Source: Candidatus Dadabacteria bacterium
GTDB taxonomy: Bacteria > Desulfobacterota_D > UBA1144 > Nemesobacterales > UBA2774
Length of the DNA stretch: 36,640 nucleotides
Assembly (NCBI GenBank): GCA_050247635.1
Contig: JBFWTW010000003.1
Span: 1-36,640 of the forward strand
Direction of reading: 5' to 3'
Numbering within the stretch: position 1 is the stretch's first letter; each line of letters starts with the position of its first letter. The notes under the pieces are model-generated. The model was not told the origin of the DNA. It searched no databases and saw only the letters and a program-made list of their open reading frames with translations. Positions 9,923 through 18,807 of the stretch are shown here, piece after piece. Made by a program: the position numbers and the translations under genes.

Positions 9923-9950
9923 AATCTACATGAGCGCACAAAAGTGTCAA
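9923..9950 (-). promoter_or_regulatory. Sigma70-type promoter of the exbB operon
   Basis: Minus strand TTGACA, 16 bp spacer, TAGATT; the Fur box lies immediately downstream. Confidence 0.6.
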
Positions 9951-9951
9951 G

Positions 9952-10177
9952 GCGGCTCACAGCCGCAGGAGATCGAAGTAGCGGCTCATTGCTGTGACCA
10001 ACAGCAGCGCTTCAGTCGGCTCCGGCAACTTCAACGCTACGTCGGAAAGACACACATATGTGTGCGGCTCACAGCCGCCGGAAATCGGAATGTCGGCGCA
10101 TTGCAATTACCGCCTGCCGGGCTTCAGGCGGCACCGGGCGACTCCCGCGCTACGTCGGAAAGACACACATACGTGTG
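9952..10177. repeat. Degenerate tandem duplication, two units of 112 and 113 bp with internal palindromes
   Basis: Both units start GCGGCTCACAGCCGC (9952, 10064) and end CGCTACGTCGGAAAGACACACATAYGTGTG (10035, 10148); the middles are alignable but diverged. Confidence 0.9.
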
Positions 10178-10222
10178 GAGGCTATCGGTGAGGATGGCTT
10201 AGCACCAACAGCAGGCTTGCTA

Positions 10223-11338
10223 CTACCTGCCGAGAAATTCCCCGACGGGTTTCAGCGATTCGGTATTGTCGCAGATTATCTTTAGTATCACGACTATGGG
10301 GACAGCTATCAAAGCCCCCGGCACGCCCCAGAGCCATCCCCAGACGAGAAGCGACAGGAATATCACTATAGGATTCATGACAAGCCGCCGCCCGAGTATG
10401 AACGGCGTCACGAAGTTCCCCTCGATGCCGTTTATTATGAAGTAGGCCAGGGGAGGCAGGATTGCGTCGGCGAAGTTATCGAAGCTGGTTATGGCGACGA
10501 GCGCGATTATTGCAATGCCGACCGTGGGTCCGAGGTAGACTATGAAATTCAGGAGCCCCGCGAGGACGCCCCAGAGGAAAGGGTTCGGCATGCCGAGCAG
10601 GTACATCGCCGTTCCGACCAGCGCGCCGAGGCATATGTTGATTATGACTACTGTGTAGAGGTATACCGATATATCGCTCTCGATCCTGCGCGCGAGCTCG
10701 ACCGCCTTCTTTTTGTCTTTCAGCGTCGGGAGTATGTTTATCACCTTTCTTAAAAACATGTCGCCGGAGACGAGAAAGAAGTAAAGCAGTATTATCGACG
10801 TTGCGACGCCGAACACGAGCTCTGACGTTTCATATAAAAGCCTGTTGAAAAAGTCCGTCTCTCCCAGGGCGACTGTTGTTCCCTTGGGCTTTGAGCCGAC
10901 GTCTACTATTTCTTCGACGCTCTTTGTCGCCTCGCCGATCTGCTCCACGGGCTTTTTAATGAATCTCAATTTTATCTCGATAGATCGAAGGCTCTCGGGG
11001 GCGCGATCCATCCAGTCGGTGGCCGGCTGATAGAAGACGGAGAAGGCGCCCACGACCACCAGTATGAGCGCGGTGATGACGAGCGCCGAGCCCAGTACCC
11101 GCGGGAGACGAAGATTCTCGAGTGCATCGACCGCCGGGGAGAGGAGGAGGTTCAAAAGGAGCGCGAAAAAAATCGGTATGAAAATCGCCCGGCCGAAGTA
11201 GAGTGTGTAGATGACGGCCAGGATGAATAAACCCATGAGCGCGATGTTGGATGCCTTCGCCCCGGGCCTGGGGAACCCCACTGGCTTTTCGTCAGCCCCG
11301 TTATTGCCGGGAGCGGCTTTTGTGTTTTCGTCACTCAT
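10223..11338 (-). CDS. AI-2E family transporter
   Basis: Multi-TM protein with LWGVLAGLLNFIVYLGP, IEGNFVTPFILG and WGWLWGVPGALIAVP. Confidence 0.92.
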   Translation of the reverse strand: MSDENTKAAPGNNGADEKPVGFPRPGAKASNIALMGLFILAVIYTLYFGRAIFIPIFFALLLNLLLSPAVDALENLRLPRVLGSALVITALILVVVGAFSVFYQPATDWMDRAPESLRSIEIKLRFIKKPVEQIGEATKSVEEIVDVGSKPKGTTVALGETDFFNRLLYETSELVFGVATSIILLYFFLVSGDMFLRKVINILPTLKDKKKAVELARRIESDISVYLYTVVIINICLGALVGTAMYLLGMPNPFLWGVLAGLLNFIVYLGPTVGIAIIALVAITSFDNFADAILPPLAYFIINGIEGNFVTPFILGRRLVMNPIVIFLSLLVWGWLWGVPGALIAVPIVVILKIICDNTESLKPVGEFLGR

Positions 11339-11559
11339 CTCAGGGTCCTATAATATAAAGTATTTGCCGGAGCGATGAAGAATTAGCCCCTGCCCGGATG
11401 TCTCCATCAATTATTCTTCACGGCGGTTTCGTATTCAACATATATTTGTAGCCGCATGTATTTGCAGCCACAATTTCAGGCGGAATCCGCACTTTAATAT
11501 GTTAACATTCTTGAATGAGTGACTGAGGGATGGGCCGACTTTATTACGGGGAGACAGTC

Positions 11560-11727
11560 ATGACAGAAATACACAATGGAGACCACAGAAGAGGATATCT
11601 TTTCGACCGTCCGAATCCGGACATACCCCCGGAGATACCGCCGCCCGACCCGGAGCCGGGACCGCCTCCGGAGATTCCGCCTCCGGACCCGACGGACATA
11701 AACGAGGGCGACGACAAGAGAGGCTGA
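11560..11727 (+). CDS. Small Pro/Asp/Glu-rich protein (55 aa)
   Basis: GGGGAG RBS; PPEIPPPDP occurs twice with synonymous codon differences between the copies. Confidence 0.6.
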   Translation: MTEIHNGDHRRGYLFDRPNPDIPPEIPPPDPEPGPPPEIPPPDPTDINEGDDKRG

Positions 11728-11888
11728 AGGCTTACTGTAAATTCAGGGGGTCCGGCGGTTTCCAGGCCGGTGAGCAATCCTAGAATCATACGGTTTATCC
11801 AGTGAGAGAATAGCCGCATCCATACATATACTGGATGCAGCCGGCTTGACTGTAGGGAATCCCGGGAAACTCCGGGGAGGAGAGCGAT

Positions 11889-13466
11889 ATGAGCTGGAAA
11901 GAAATCATAGCGGGAAAAATAGAGGACTTTGAAGAAAACGGCCTTAAGACCGTCGAGGTCGACGGCGCGAAAGTGCTTATAGCGAGGGTGGGGGACGAGT
12001 TTCATGCGCTGAGCGCTTTCTGTACGCATTACGGCGCGCCTCTCGAAAAGGGTGTGCTCAGCGACGGGAGGATCGTGTGCCCGTGGCACCACGCCTGTTT
12101 TAACGTCAAGAACGGGGACATCCTGAATCCCCCGGCGATGAATGCGCTCGTTTCTTACGAAGCGTGGAAGGACGGGGAGAATCTCAAGGTCAGAATTCCG
12201 GAGGATCTGCCTAAAAGGCGGCTGCCGGAAATGACACGGAGGGACCCGAAAGCGGACGACAGAACGTTCGTCATAATCGGCGGCGGCGCGGCGGGGTATT
12301 ACGCTGCACAGAGTTTCAGGGAGAACGGGTTTAAGGGCAGGGTTATCATGATAACGAGAGAGAAAAGACTCCCGTACGACCGCCCGAATTTGAGTAAGGA
12401 TTATCTTCACGGGAAGGCCAAGGACGAGTGGATGCCGCTCAGGGAAGATGCTTTCTACGCCGACCACGACATAGAGATACTAGGGGGGAAGGAGGTGGTG
12501 TCTCTCGAATCGGACACGGGAAAGATTGTCCTGGACGACGGCGGGACGATGGAGCCGGACGGGGTTATCGTCGCGACGGGGGGACGGCCGAGAAAGCCGG
12601 GGATGCAGGGCTCGGACCTCGGGAACATCTTTACGCTCAGGAGCTTCGATGACGCAGACGCCATCATCGCCGCCGCGAAGAATGCGTCGAAGGCTGTCGT
12701 CATAGGCTCGAGCTTTATCGGCATGGAGGCCGCTCACAGCCTGACCGAGCTCGGCATCAAGGTAACTGTGGTCGGCAAGGATGCGATACCCTTCGAGCAT
12801 GTTTTGGGCAAGGAGATAGGGCTTCTACTCAAGCGCGAGCACGAGGGGCGCGGCGTCGTTTTCGAGCTGGAAAAGAACGTTTCCAGGTTTTTCGGCGAGG
12901 GCAATGTGGAGAGGGTTCTACTAAACGACGGGACCGAGATCGAAACCGATATGGTGCTGGTCGGCATCGGGGTCGTCCCGGAGACGGGGTTCGTAAAGGG
13001 TATCGAGCTTCTCCCTGACGGAAGCATCCCGGTGGACGGTTATCTCCACGCTGCGGGCAACGTCTTCGCCGCTGGAGACATTGCTTCGTATCCCGACCTG
13101 AGGTCGGGGACCCGTTCGCGGATAGAGCACTGGCGGGTCGCCATGCAGCAGGGGAGGACGGCAGCGATGAATATGCTGGGTATGGAGGTACGATATGGAG
13201 GGGTGCCGTTTTTCTGGACGGACCAGGCGGGTCTTAACCTCCAGTACGTGGGCCATGCGCCGTCGTGGGACAGCCTCATTACATGGGGGAGCGTCGAGGA
13301 AAAGGAATTTATCACGTTCTATGTATCGAAAGGGGTAGTTCTGGCTGCGTGCGGGAACTGGAGGGACACGGAAATGGCCGCTATAGAGGAACTCCTCAGG
13401 CTGAAGAAAATGCCCTGGCCCGAAGAGCTCGCATCCGGACCGATCGACCTGAAGGCCCTTCTATAA
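11889..13466 (+). CDS. Rieske [2Fe-2S] domain fused to an FAD/NAD(P)H ferredoxin-reductase (AIF-like)
   Basis: CTHYG...CPWHH Rieske ligands; GGGAAG, PYDRPNLSK, GSSFIGME, AAGDIA, RIEHW and VPFFWT. Confidence 0.93.
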   Translation: MSWKEIIAGKIEDFEENGLKTVEVDGAKVLIARVGDEFHALSAFCTHYGAPLEKGVLSDGRIVCPWHHACFNVKNGDILNPPAMNALVSYEAWKDGENLKVRIPEDLPKRRLPEMTRRDPKADDRTFVIIGGGAAGYYAAQSFRENGFKGRVIMITREKRLPYDRPNLSKDYLHGKAKDEWMPLREDAFYADHDIEILGGKEVVSLESDTGKIVLDDGGTMEPDGVIVATGGRPRKPGMQGSDLGNIFTLRSFDDADAIIAAAKNASKAVVIGSSFIGMEAAHSLTELGIKVTVVGKDAIPFEHVLGKEIGLLLKREHEGRGVVFELEKNVSRFFGEGNVERVLLNDGTEIETDMVLVGIGVVPETGFVKGIELLPDGSIPVDGYLHAAGNVFAAGDIASYPDLRSGTRSRIEHWRVAMQQGRTAAMNMLGMEVRYGGVPFFWTDQAGLNLQYVGHAPSWDSLITWGSVEEKEFITFYVSKGVVLAACGNWRDTEMAAIEELLRLKKMPWPEELASGPIDLKALL

Positions 13467-13955
13467 CGGAGGGGCCGGCAGCCGCTGGAGTCGCCGTCTG
13501 GGCGTTTTATCGCTATGCTCCGAGGGAATTTCTGTGCGCTCCGGCAGGGGCATTGATCGCCGGTATTTTCCAGGGTCGGCGATAATTTGCGTTTTACCCG
13601 GCGGTTACCTATACTTTGTTTTGGAGCCCGTTGATTCTCGTCGCCGGGCGCCAGGGACGAAAGGACGGCTTGTCCTTTTCATTTTCCGGTTGCAGCAACC
13701 GGAAATCCGCGTACGCTGCGGGCATGTGTTTTCCCCACCGTGACGTGCGGTCCTCCGAAGCCGGGCGGTCATATGCGTCCGGTGATATTTCCGGGTGCAA
13801 ATATATCACAAGCGATTATTCGTATTCGTTCTGCACTCGCAGTAGTACCGGGAGTTGTCTCGTCTTGTCTCGGACCGAAGGGGGGAGCCGAAGCCATCGA
13901 GAGACTTTTGACCATGAGTTAAGCAGCCTGATTCTTTTGTCAGGAAGGACTGCCG

Positions 13956-15704
13956 ATGCATGACATATCTCTCATAACGACCATAGCGCTCAGCCTGGCG
14001 GCGGCGCTCGTCTTCGGCCTTCTTGCAAAGCGTCTCGGTCTATCCCCGATAATAGGTTATTTGATAGCCGGCGTGGTCGTCGGCCCCTATACGCCGGGCA
14101 TCTCCGGCGACCCCGTTATAGCCTCGCAGCTCGCCGAAATAGGCGTAATCCTGCTTATGTTCGGGGTCGGGCTTCATTTCCGGCTGAAGGACCTTCTGGC
14201 GGTGAAATCCATAGCCATACCCGGCGCCGTCGGGCAGAGCTTCGCGGCTACCGTGGCCTGCACGGCCATTGTGGTGGTCGCCGGATGGTCGTGGCAGGAG
14301 GGAGTCGTTTTCGGCATTGCGGTTTCGGTGGCGAGCACGGTCGTGCTGCTGAGGTCGCTTCTGGACATGGGGCTCCTCGATACGCCTGAAGGTCACGCAG
14401 CCGTTGGGTGGCTTGTCGTGGAGGACATAATCACCGTGCTCGTTCTGGTCCTCCTGCCGCCGCTTGCGGTGAGTGCGGGAGGCGAAGCCGGGATCCTCAA
14501 GACCGTGGGCATCGCGCTCGTAAAGCTCGTAGTGCTTACGGTGATAATGATGATCGCGGGCGTGCGGTTCGTGCCGCATCTATTGCTCAGGGTGGCGCGC
14601 CTGAGATCGCGCGAGCTTTTCACGCTGACAGTTCTCGTGATGGCGATCTCCGTGGCCACGGTATCTTACCTCGCCTTCGGGGCGTCCATGGCGCTGGGGG
14701 CGTTCCTGGCCGGAATGGTAGTCGGCCAGTCGAAGGTTAGCCACCAGGCCGCGGCGGATGCTCTTCCATTAAGGGACGCGTTCGCGGTTCTATTTTTCGT
14801 CGCGGTCGGCATGTTGTTCGATTACAGGACTGTGCTCGATTCGCCTTTTCTCATGATGGGCATCGTGGCCGTCATAATAATCGTAAAGCCTTTGGCCGCA
14901 CTCATAATCACGCTCGTTTCGGGCTATTCCCTGAGGACCGGGCTTACGGTCGCCGGGGGGCTCGCGCAGATAGGTGAATTCTCGTTCATACTCGCCGAGC
15001 TCGCGAAGTCTCTTAACCTTATACCCGGGGAGTCGCACAATATCCTCGTCGCTGGTGCTATCGTTTCGATAAGCCTTAACCCGTGGATATTCCGGTCGTT
15101 CCTGGCGCTGGAGCCGCGCCTTAGCCGCATAAGGTGGCTTAACTCCTTCATCGAGATGAGGGGAGGCAAATCGGGCGCGAAGGCCAATTTAAAGGCTATC
15201 GAACAGGAGCCCAAGCATGAGGGCGTGCGCTCGATAGTCGTTGGCTACGGCCCGGTAGGCCAGAACGTGACGAAGATACTGTACGAATTCGGGATAGAGC
15301 CTACTGTAATCGAGCTCAACATAGACACTGTGCTTCAAATCCAGGCGGAGGGGCATCATGCCATATACGGCGACGCGTCGAGGAGCGAGATACTTGAGGT
15401 TGCAGGTATAACCACGGCGAAATACCTCGTCATAACGATGCCGCATTCGGAGATGAGCCTCGGAATCGTACATACGGCCCGGGAGGAGAATCCGGAGGTC
15501 CGCATACTTGCAAGGGCGAGGTTCCTTCATCAGATAAAAGGGCTCGAGTACGCCGGGACGACCATAATACGCTGCGACGAGGCGGAGGCCGCGAACGCCC
15601 TCGCGGAGGCGCTGCTACAGGATATAAAAGCCCCGCAGACACAAATAGAGGCGGTGATCGCGGCGGCGGTGGAAGGGGACGACCCGAAGGTGAAGCTCGA
15701 CTAG
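13956..15704 (+). CDS. ybaL: CPA2 cation:proton antiporter with C-terminal TrkA-N/RCK domain (YbaL/Kef-like)
   Basis: LAEIGVILLMFGVGLHF, GWLVVED, PLRDAFAVLFFV and LAQIGEFSFIL; VGYGPVG Rossmann motif. Confidence 0.9.
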   Translation: MHDISLITTIALSLAAALVFGLLAKRLGLSPIIGYLIAGVVVGPYTPGISGDPVIASQLAEIGVILLMFGVGLHFRLKDLLAVKSIAIPGAVGQSFAATVACTAIVVVAGWSWQEGVVFGIAVSVASTVVLLRSLLDMGLLDTPEGHAAVGWLVVEDIITVLVLVLLPPLAVSAGGEAGILKTVGIALVKLVVLTVIMMIAGVRFVPHLLLRVARLRSRELFTLTVLVMAISVATVSYLAFGASMALGAFLAGMVVGQSKVSHQAAADALPLRDAFAVLFFVAVGMLFDYRTVLDSPFLMMGIVAVIIIVKPLAALIITLVSGYSLRTGLTVAGGLAQIGEFSFILAELAKSLNLIPGESHNILVAGAIVSISLNPWIFRSFLALEPRLSRIRWLNSFIEMRGGKSGAKANLKAIEQEPKHEGVRSIVVGYGPVGQNVTKILYEFGIEPTVIELNIDTVLQIQAEGHHAIYGDASRSEILEVAGITTAKYLVITMPHSEMSLGIVHTAREENPEVRILARARFLHQIKGLEYAGTTIIRCDEAEAANALAEALLQDIKAPQTQIEAVIAAAVEGDDPKVKLD

Positions 15705-15735
15705 GGCCTCTCGCACAGTCAGGCTGGATTATGTT

Positions 15736-17112
15736 TTAGCTGAGGAGGCCCATTTTCTTCATCCTGTACCGGAGATTCTGCCTGTTCATTTTGAGCGCTC
15801 CGGCGGCGCGCGTCTGATTCCAGTTGTTCTGCTCGAGCGTCTTTCTAATTATCCTCTGCTCGATGTCCTCGAGCGAGGAATCGTCGAGGTCGACTTCGAG
15901 CTTCATTTTCCCGTCCTGCTCGTCGAGGTTTACGTTGCCCCCATCCAGATCGAGAGAAATGTAACGCGGGTTAAGCTCCTCTCCTTCGCTGAGTATCATC
16001 GCCCGCTCGACAGTGCTCCTGAGCTCGCGCACGTTGCCCGGCCAGTTGTAGGCGTGGAAGGCGCGCCTCACTTCCTCGGGGACAATCTGTATGGTCTTGT
16101 TAATGTCGTTATTGAAGAACCGGATGAAATGGTCCGTAAGTAGCGGTATGTCTTCCTTTCTTTCCCTGAGACACGGCATTTCGAAGCTGATAACGTTGAG
16201 CCTGTGGTAGAGATCCTGTCTGAATTTGCCGTTTTTCACCTCGTCCCTGAGGTCTTTGTTGGTGGCGGCGATTACCTGCAAATCGACCTTGATATCTTTT
16301 TTCCCCCCGAGCCTCCTGAACTTTCTTTCCTCGACGACCTTGACGAGCTTGGCCTGGAGATTAAGGCTCATGTCCCCTATTTCGTCGAGGAGGATCGTCC
16401 CGCCGTCCGCGTCCTCGAAAATCCCGGACTTCGATTTCTTGGCGTCGGTGAACGAGCCGGCCTCGTATCCGAAGAGCTCGCTTTCGAGGAGGTTCTCGGG
16501 TATCGCGGCGCAGTTCATTTCGAGAAACGGCTTTTCGGCCCTCCGCCCGCTGTAATGCAGCACTTTCGCGGCCAGGCCCTTTCCCGTCCCGGTCTCGCCC
16601 GTGATAAGCACCATGCGCGGATCCTCGGCGGCGAGTTTCGTGAGAAGCTCAGTCAGGTTTTTAATTACCGGGCTCACGCCGATGAGCGCCCCGATGCCGT
16701 GCTTCTGTTTTTCGTGCTTTGTCGCCACGGCCACCGTCTTTTTGAGGTTCGCTGAGTTAAGCGCGTTCTGGAGTATGATCTTTATCTTGTCTACTGGGAA
16801 GGGCTTCTCGACGAAGTCGTACGCGCCGAGCCGCATGGCCGATACGGCCGCTTCGATGTAGCCGTGCGCTGTGATCATTATCGTTATCGGCGGCTGATCG
16901 AGCTCGTTGAGGCTCTTTATGACGTCGAGGCCGTTTATGTCGGGGAGCTTAAGATCGATAATCGCGACCCTGGGCGTCAGCTCGCGGGCGATCTCTATGC
17001 CATCCCTACCGTTGAATGCTGTGAAAACGTCGTACCCGGAATCCGAGAGGTTCTTGGCGAGCTTCTTCGTGAAGAACACCTCGTCGTCTACAAGCAATAT
17101 TGTTTTAGGCAT
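15736..17112 (-). CDS. NtrC-family sigma54-dependent response regulator (receiver, AAA+, Fis-HTH)
   Basis: LVDDE and IIDLKLPD receiver; GETGTGKG; ESELFGYEAGSFTDA; LLDEIG; WPGNVREL; C-terminal HTH NQTRAA...LRYRMKK. Confidence 0.95.
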   Translation of the reverse strand: MPKTILLVDDEVFFTKKLAKNLSDSGYDVFTAFNGRDGIEIARELTPRVAIIDLKLPDINGLDVIKSLNELDQPPITIMITAHGYIEAAVSAMRLGAYDFVEKPFPVDKIKIILQNALNSANLKKTVAVATKHEKQKHGIGALIGVSPVIKNLTELLTKLAAEDPRMVLITGETGTGKGLAAKVLHYSGRRAEKPFLEMNCAAIPENLLESELFGYEAGSFTDAKKSKSGIFEDADGGTILLDEIGDMSLNLQAKLVKVVEERKFRRLGGKKDIKVDLQVIAATNKDLRDEVKNGKFRQDLYHRLNVISFEMPCLRERKEDIPLLTDHFIRFFNNDINKTIQIVPEEVRRAFHAYNWPGNVRELRSTVERAMILSEGEELNPRYISLDLDGGNVNLDEQDGKMKLEVDLDDSSLEDIEQRIIRKTLEQNNWNQTRAAGALKMNRQNLRYRMKKMGLLS

Positions 17113-18440
17113 TATATTACCTCCGTTGTGGTTATTTCCCCTTCGCTGAGGTTAGTGGGCAGAGTGAGCGTAAACCGGCTGCCTTTCTCCTCACGGCTTT
17201 CCACCGTTATCTTTCCTTTGTGGACTTCGATTATGCGTTTTGAAATTGCGAGCCCGAGCCCGGTGCCGGTCTTCTTGGTAGAGAAGAACGGCTCGAATAT
17301 TCTTTCCATATCCATTTGCGTGATGCCCGAGCCCGAATCCGAGACCTCTATGTTGAACGTATCGCCGGAATTGTAGGACCTTATGGTGATCTTCCCGTCC
17401 GGGCCTTCTATGGAATCTATGGCGTTTAAGACGAGATTCATCAGCACCTGCTCCATGAGCTCGAAATCGAGGACTATTTCGCGATCGTCCGGAGCGGGGA
17501 TGACCTCGATGTCTATGGACTTTAGTCTCGCGTTGGAAGATGTGAGGCTGACGACCCTCTCGACGAGCTCGTTCGGGTCGCCGCTTACGAGGCTGACCTC
17601 GCGCGGCTTTGCGAGCTGGAAGAGCTCTTTTATTATATTGTCGAGCCTGCTGACCTCGTTTATTATCTCCTGGATTCGCCCGTCCCTCTCGCCGTACATG
17701 TTCCCCGACTTCAGGTTTTCGAGCGCGACCGCTATGCCCGAGAGCGGGTTTCGGATTTCGTGGGCTATCCTGGTGGCTATCTCTCCGATAGTGGCCAGCT
17801 TCTCGGTCCTGAGAAGCTCTGCATGCTTTTCTTCGAGGTCGGCCTTAACCTCGCTGACCTTATCTTCGAGCACCCGGTTGAACTTCCTCGTCTCCTCGAG
17901 GAGCGTATTGTTGAGCGCGTCCTTGTCCTTGAGCTCGGCGTTTTTACTCTCGAGCTCGTCGTGCTCTCTTTCTATGCTCGAAAGCATCCTGTTGAACGAC
18001 GAGACCAGCTTCGCTATCTCGTCCGTGCCGTTTATGTCCTTCACCCTGTAGGAGTAATCTCCGTCTCTCACGTTTTCGGTAGCCTCGACGAGGCTGAGCA
18101 CGGGCTTTGTGATTCTCCTGGGGAACATCACGGTTACGATGCCGCCGAAGAGTATCGCCAGCGTGGCAACGGAAATGATGTTCATGTATGCAATCGCGAT
18201 CTGTTGGTTGGCCGCTTTTATGGCCCCGAACAGGTTCTCTTTCTCGAAAATATTCCGGGACGCCTCGTTCTCGTCCGTTATGCCGGTGATTATTTCCGTC
18301 AGGGTATATTGCTTGTCGCCGACCATGGATTTGGTGTTCTTGAGACCGTCGATGCTGAACATGCAAAATAAGCTCACGGCGATGATTATCAAAAGCATGA
18401 TGAGATATCCAATCCTTATTTGTTTATCGAGAGTCATCAA
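17112..18440 (-). CDS. Membrane sensor histidine kinase (2 TM, HAMP, coiled coil, HisKA, HATPase)
   Basis: H-box AHEIRNPL, N-box NLVLNAID, DSGSGI, FEPFFSTK and GTGLGL. Confidence 0.95.
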   Translation of the reverse strand: MMTLDKQIRIGYLIMLLIIIAVSLFCMFSIDGLKNTKSMVGDKQYTLTEIITGITDENEASRNIFEKENLFGAIKAANQQIAIAYMNIISVATLAILFGGIVTVMFPRRITKPVLSLVEATENVRDGDYSYRVKDINGTDEIAKLVSSFNRMLSSIEREHDELESKNAELKDKDALNNTLLEETRKFNRVLEDKVSEVKADLEEKHAELLRTEKLATIGEIATRIAHEIRNPLSGIAVALENLKSGNMYGERDGRIQEIINEVSRLDNIIKELFQLAKPREVSLVSGDPNELVERVVSLTSSNARLKSIDIEVIPAPDDREIVLDFELMEQVLMNLVLNAIDSIEGPDGKITIRSYNSGDTFNIEVSDSGSGITQMDMERIFEPFFSTKKTGTGLGLAISKRIIEVHKGKITVESREEKGSRFTLTLPTNLSEGEITTTEVI

Positions 18441-18481
18441 TATCCCCTGTGTGTATAAAATCTGGCTTACAAACTAAAATG

Positions 18482-18496
18482 GCAAGTTTGATGCCA
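18482..18496 (-). promoter_or_regulatory. Sigma54 -24/-12 promoter driving the kinase-regulator operon
   Basis: Minus strand TGGCAT-CAAAC-TTGC with exact GG-N10-GC spacing, about 42 bp before the kinase start. Confidence 0.8.
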
Positions 18497-18602
18497 CATA
18501 GGGGAAGGGCGTAAATCGGAGAATATAATTAGTAATGACAGGGGATTAAGTGTGAATGCTCACTCATTTTCGAATAAGTAGACTCGGAGGCGTACAGGCC
18601 CA

Positions 18603-18646
18603 ACTGTACAAATTTAAACAGTCGATACTTTATAATTTTAAACAGT
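18603..18646. promoter_or_regulatory. Tandem upstream activator (enhancer) boxes, pair 1
   Basis: acTGT-acaaatttaa-ACAgt (TGT at 18605) and acTTT-ataattttaa-ACAgt (18629); 24-bp offset; lies between divergent sigma54 promoters. Confidence 0.75.
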
Positions 18647-18721
18647 TGGGGCCCGGCAGCGCCCCCCGTGGTCTTTGTAAGCCTCCATCAACAATCGGGA
18701 TTAGGAGTCTTTCGGCCGGAG

Positions 18722-18736
18722 CGGCATGGTTCTTGC
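18722..18736 (+). promoter_or_regulatory. Sigma54 -24/-12 promoter for the cupredoxin-chaB genes
   Basis: CGGCAT-GGTTC-TTGC with GG-N10-GC spacing. Confidence 0.72.
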
Positions 18737-18807
18737 CCGTTTCGGTGTATGGGTGATTTATAGGCGGAAACGGACCGACTACTGCTGATTAAAAAGGAGA
18801 CCTGCAA

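Noticed and set aside
9952-10177. Possible mini CRISPR array (repeated 30-mer containing GGAAAGAC)
   Set aside because: Only two copies; the intervening sequences are homologous to each other rather than unique spacers; no cas genes in the window
9930-10285. ORFs 9930-10202, 9994-10191 and 10058-10285
   Set aside because: They arise from the 112/113-bp repeat, whose period shifts the frame; no RBS and no recognisable protein features
11425-11466. Enhancer-like GGT-ttcgtattca-ACA and a nearby GCATGTATTTGCA in the AI-2E / Pro-rich intergenic region
   Set aside because: Single imperfect box with no partner at 24 bp, and no GG at the -24 position, so regulon membership is unsupported
13870-13915. 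Canonical yybP-ykoY, c-di-AMP or fluoride riboswitch call
   Set aside because: Only fragmentary similarity and the required internal stems and loops are absent; kept only as an unclassified candidate
18605-18620. Interpreting TGT-N10-ACA as evidence of NifA or nitrogen-fixation control
   Set aside because: No nif genes are present; the local activator has a receiver domain rather than a GAF domain; the motif shape is shared by other enhancer-binding proteins
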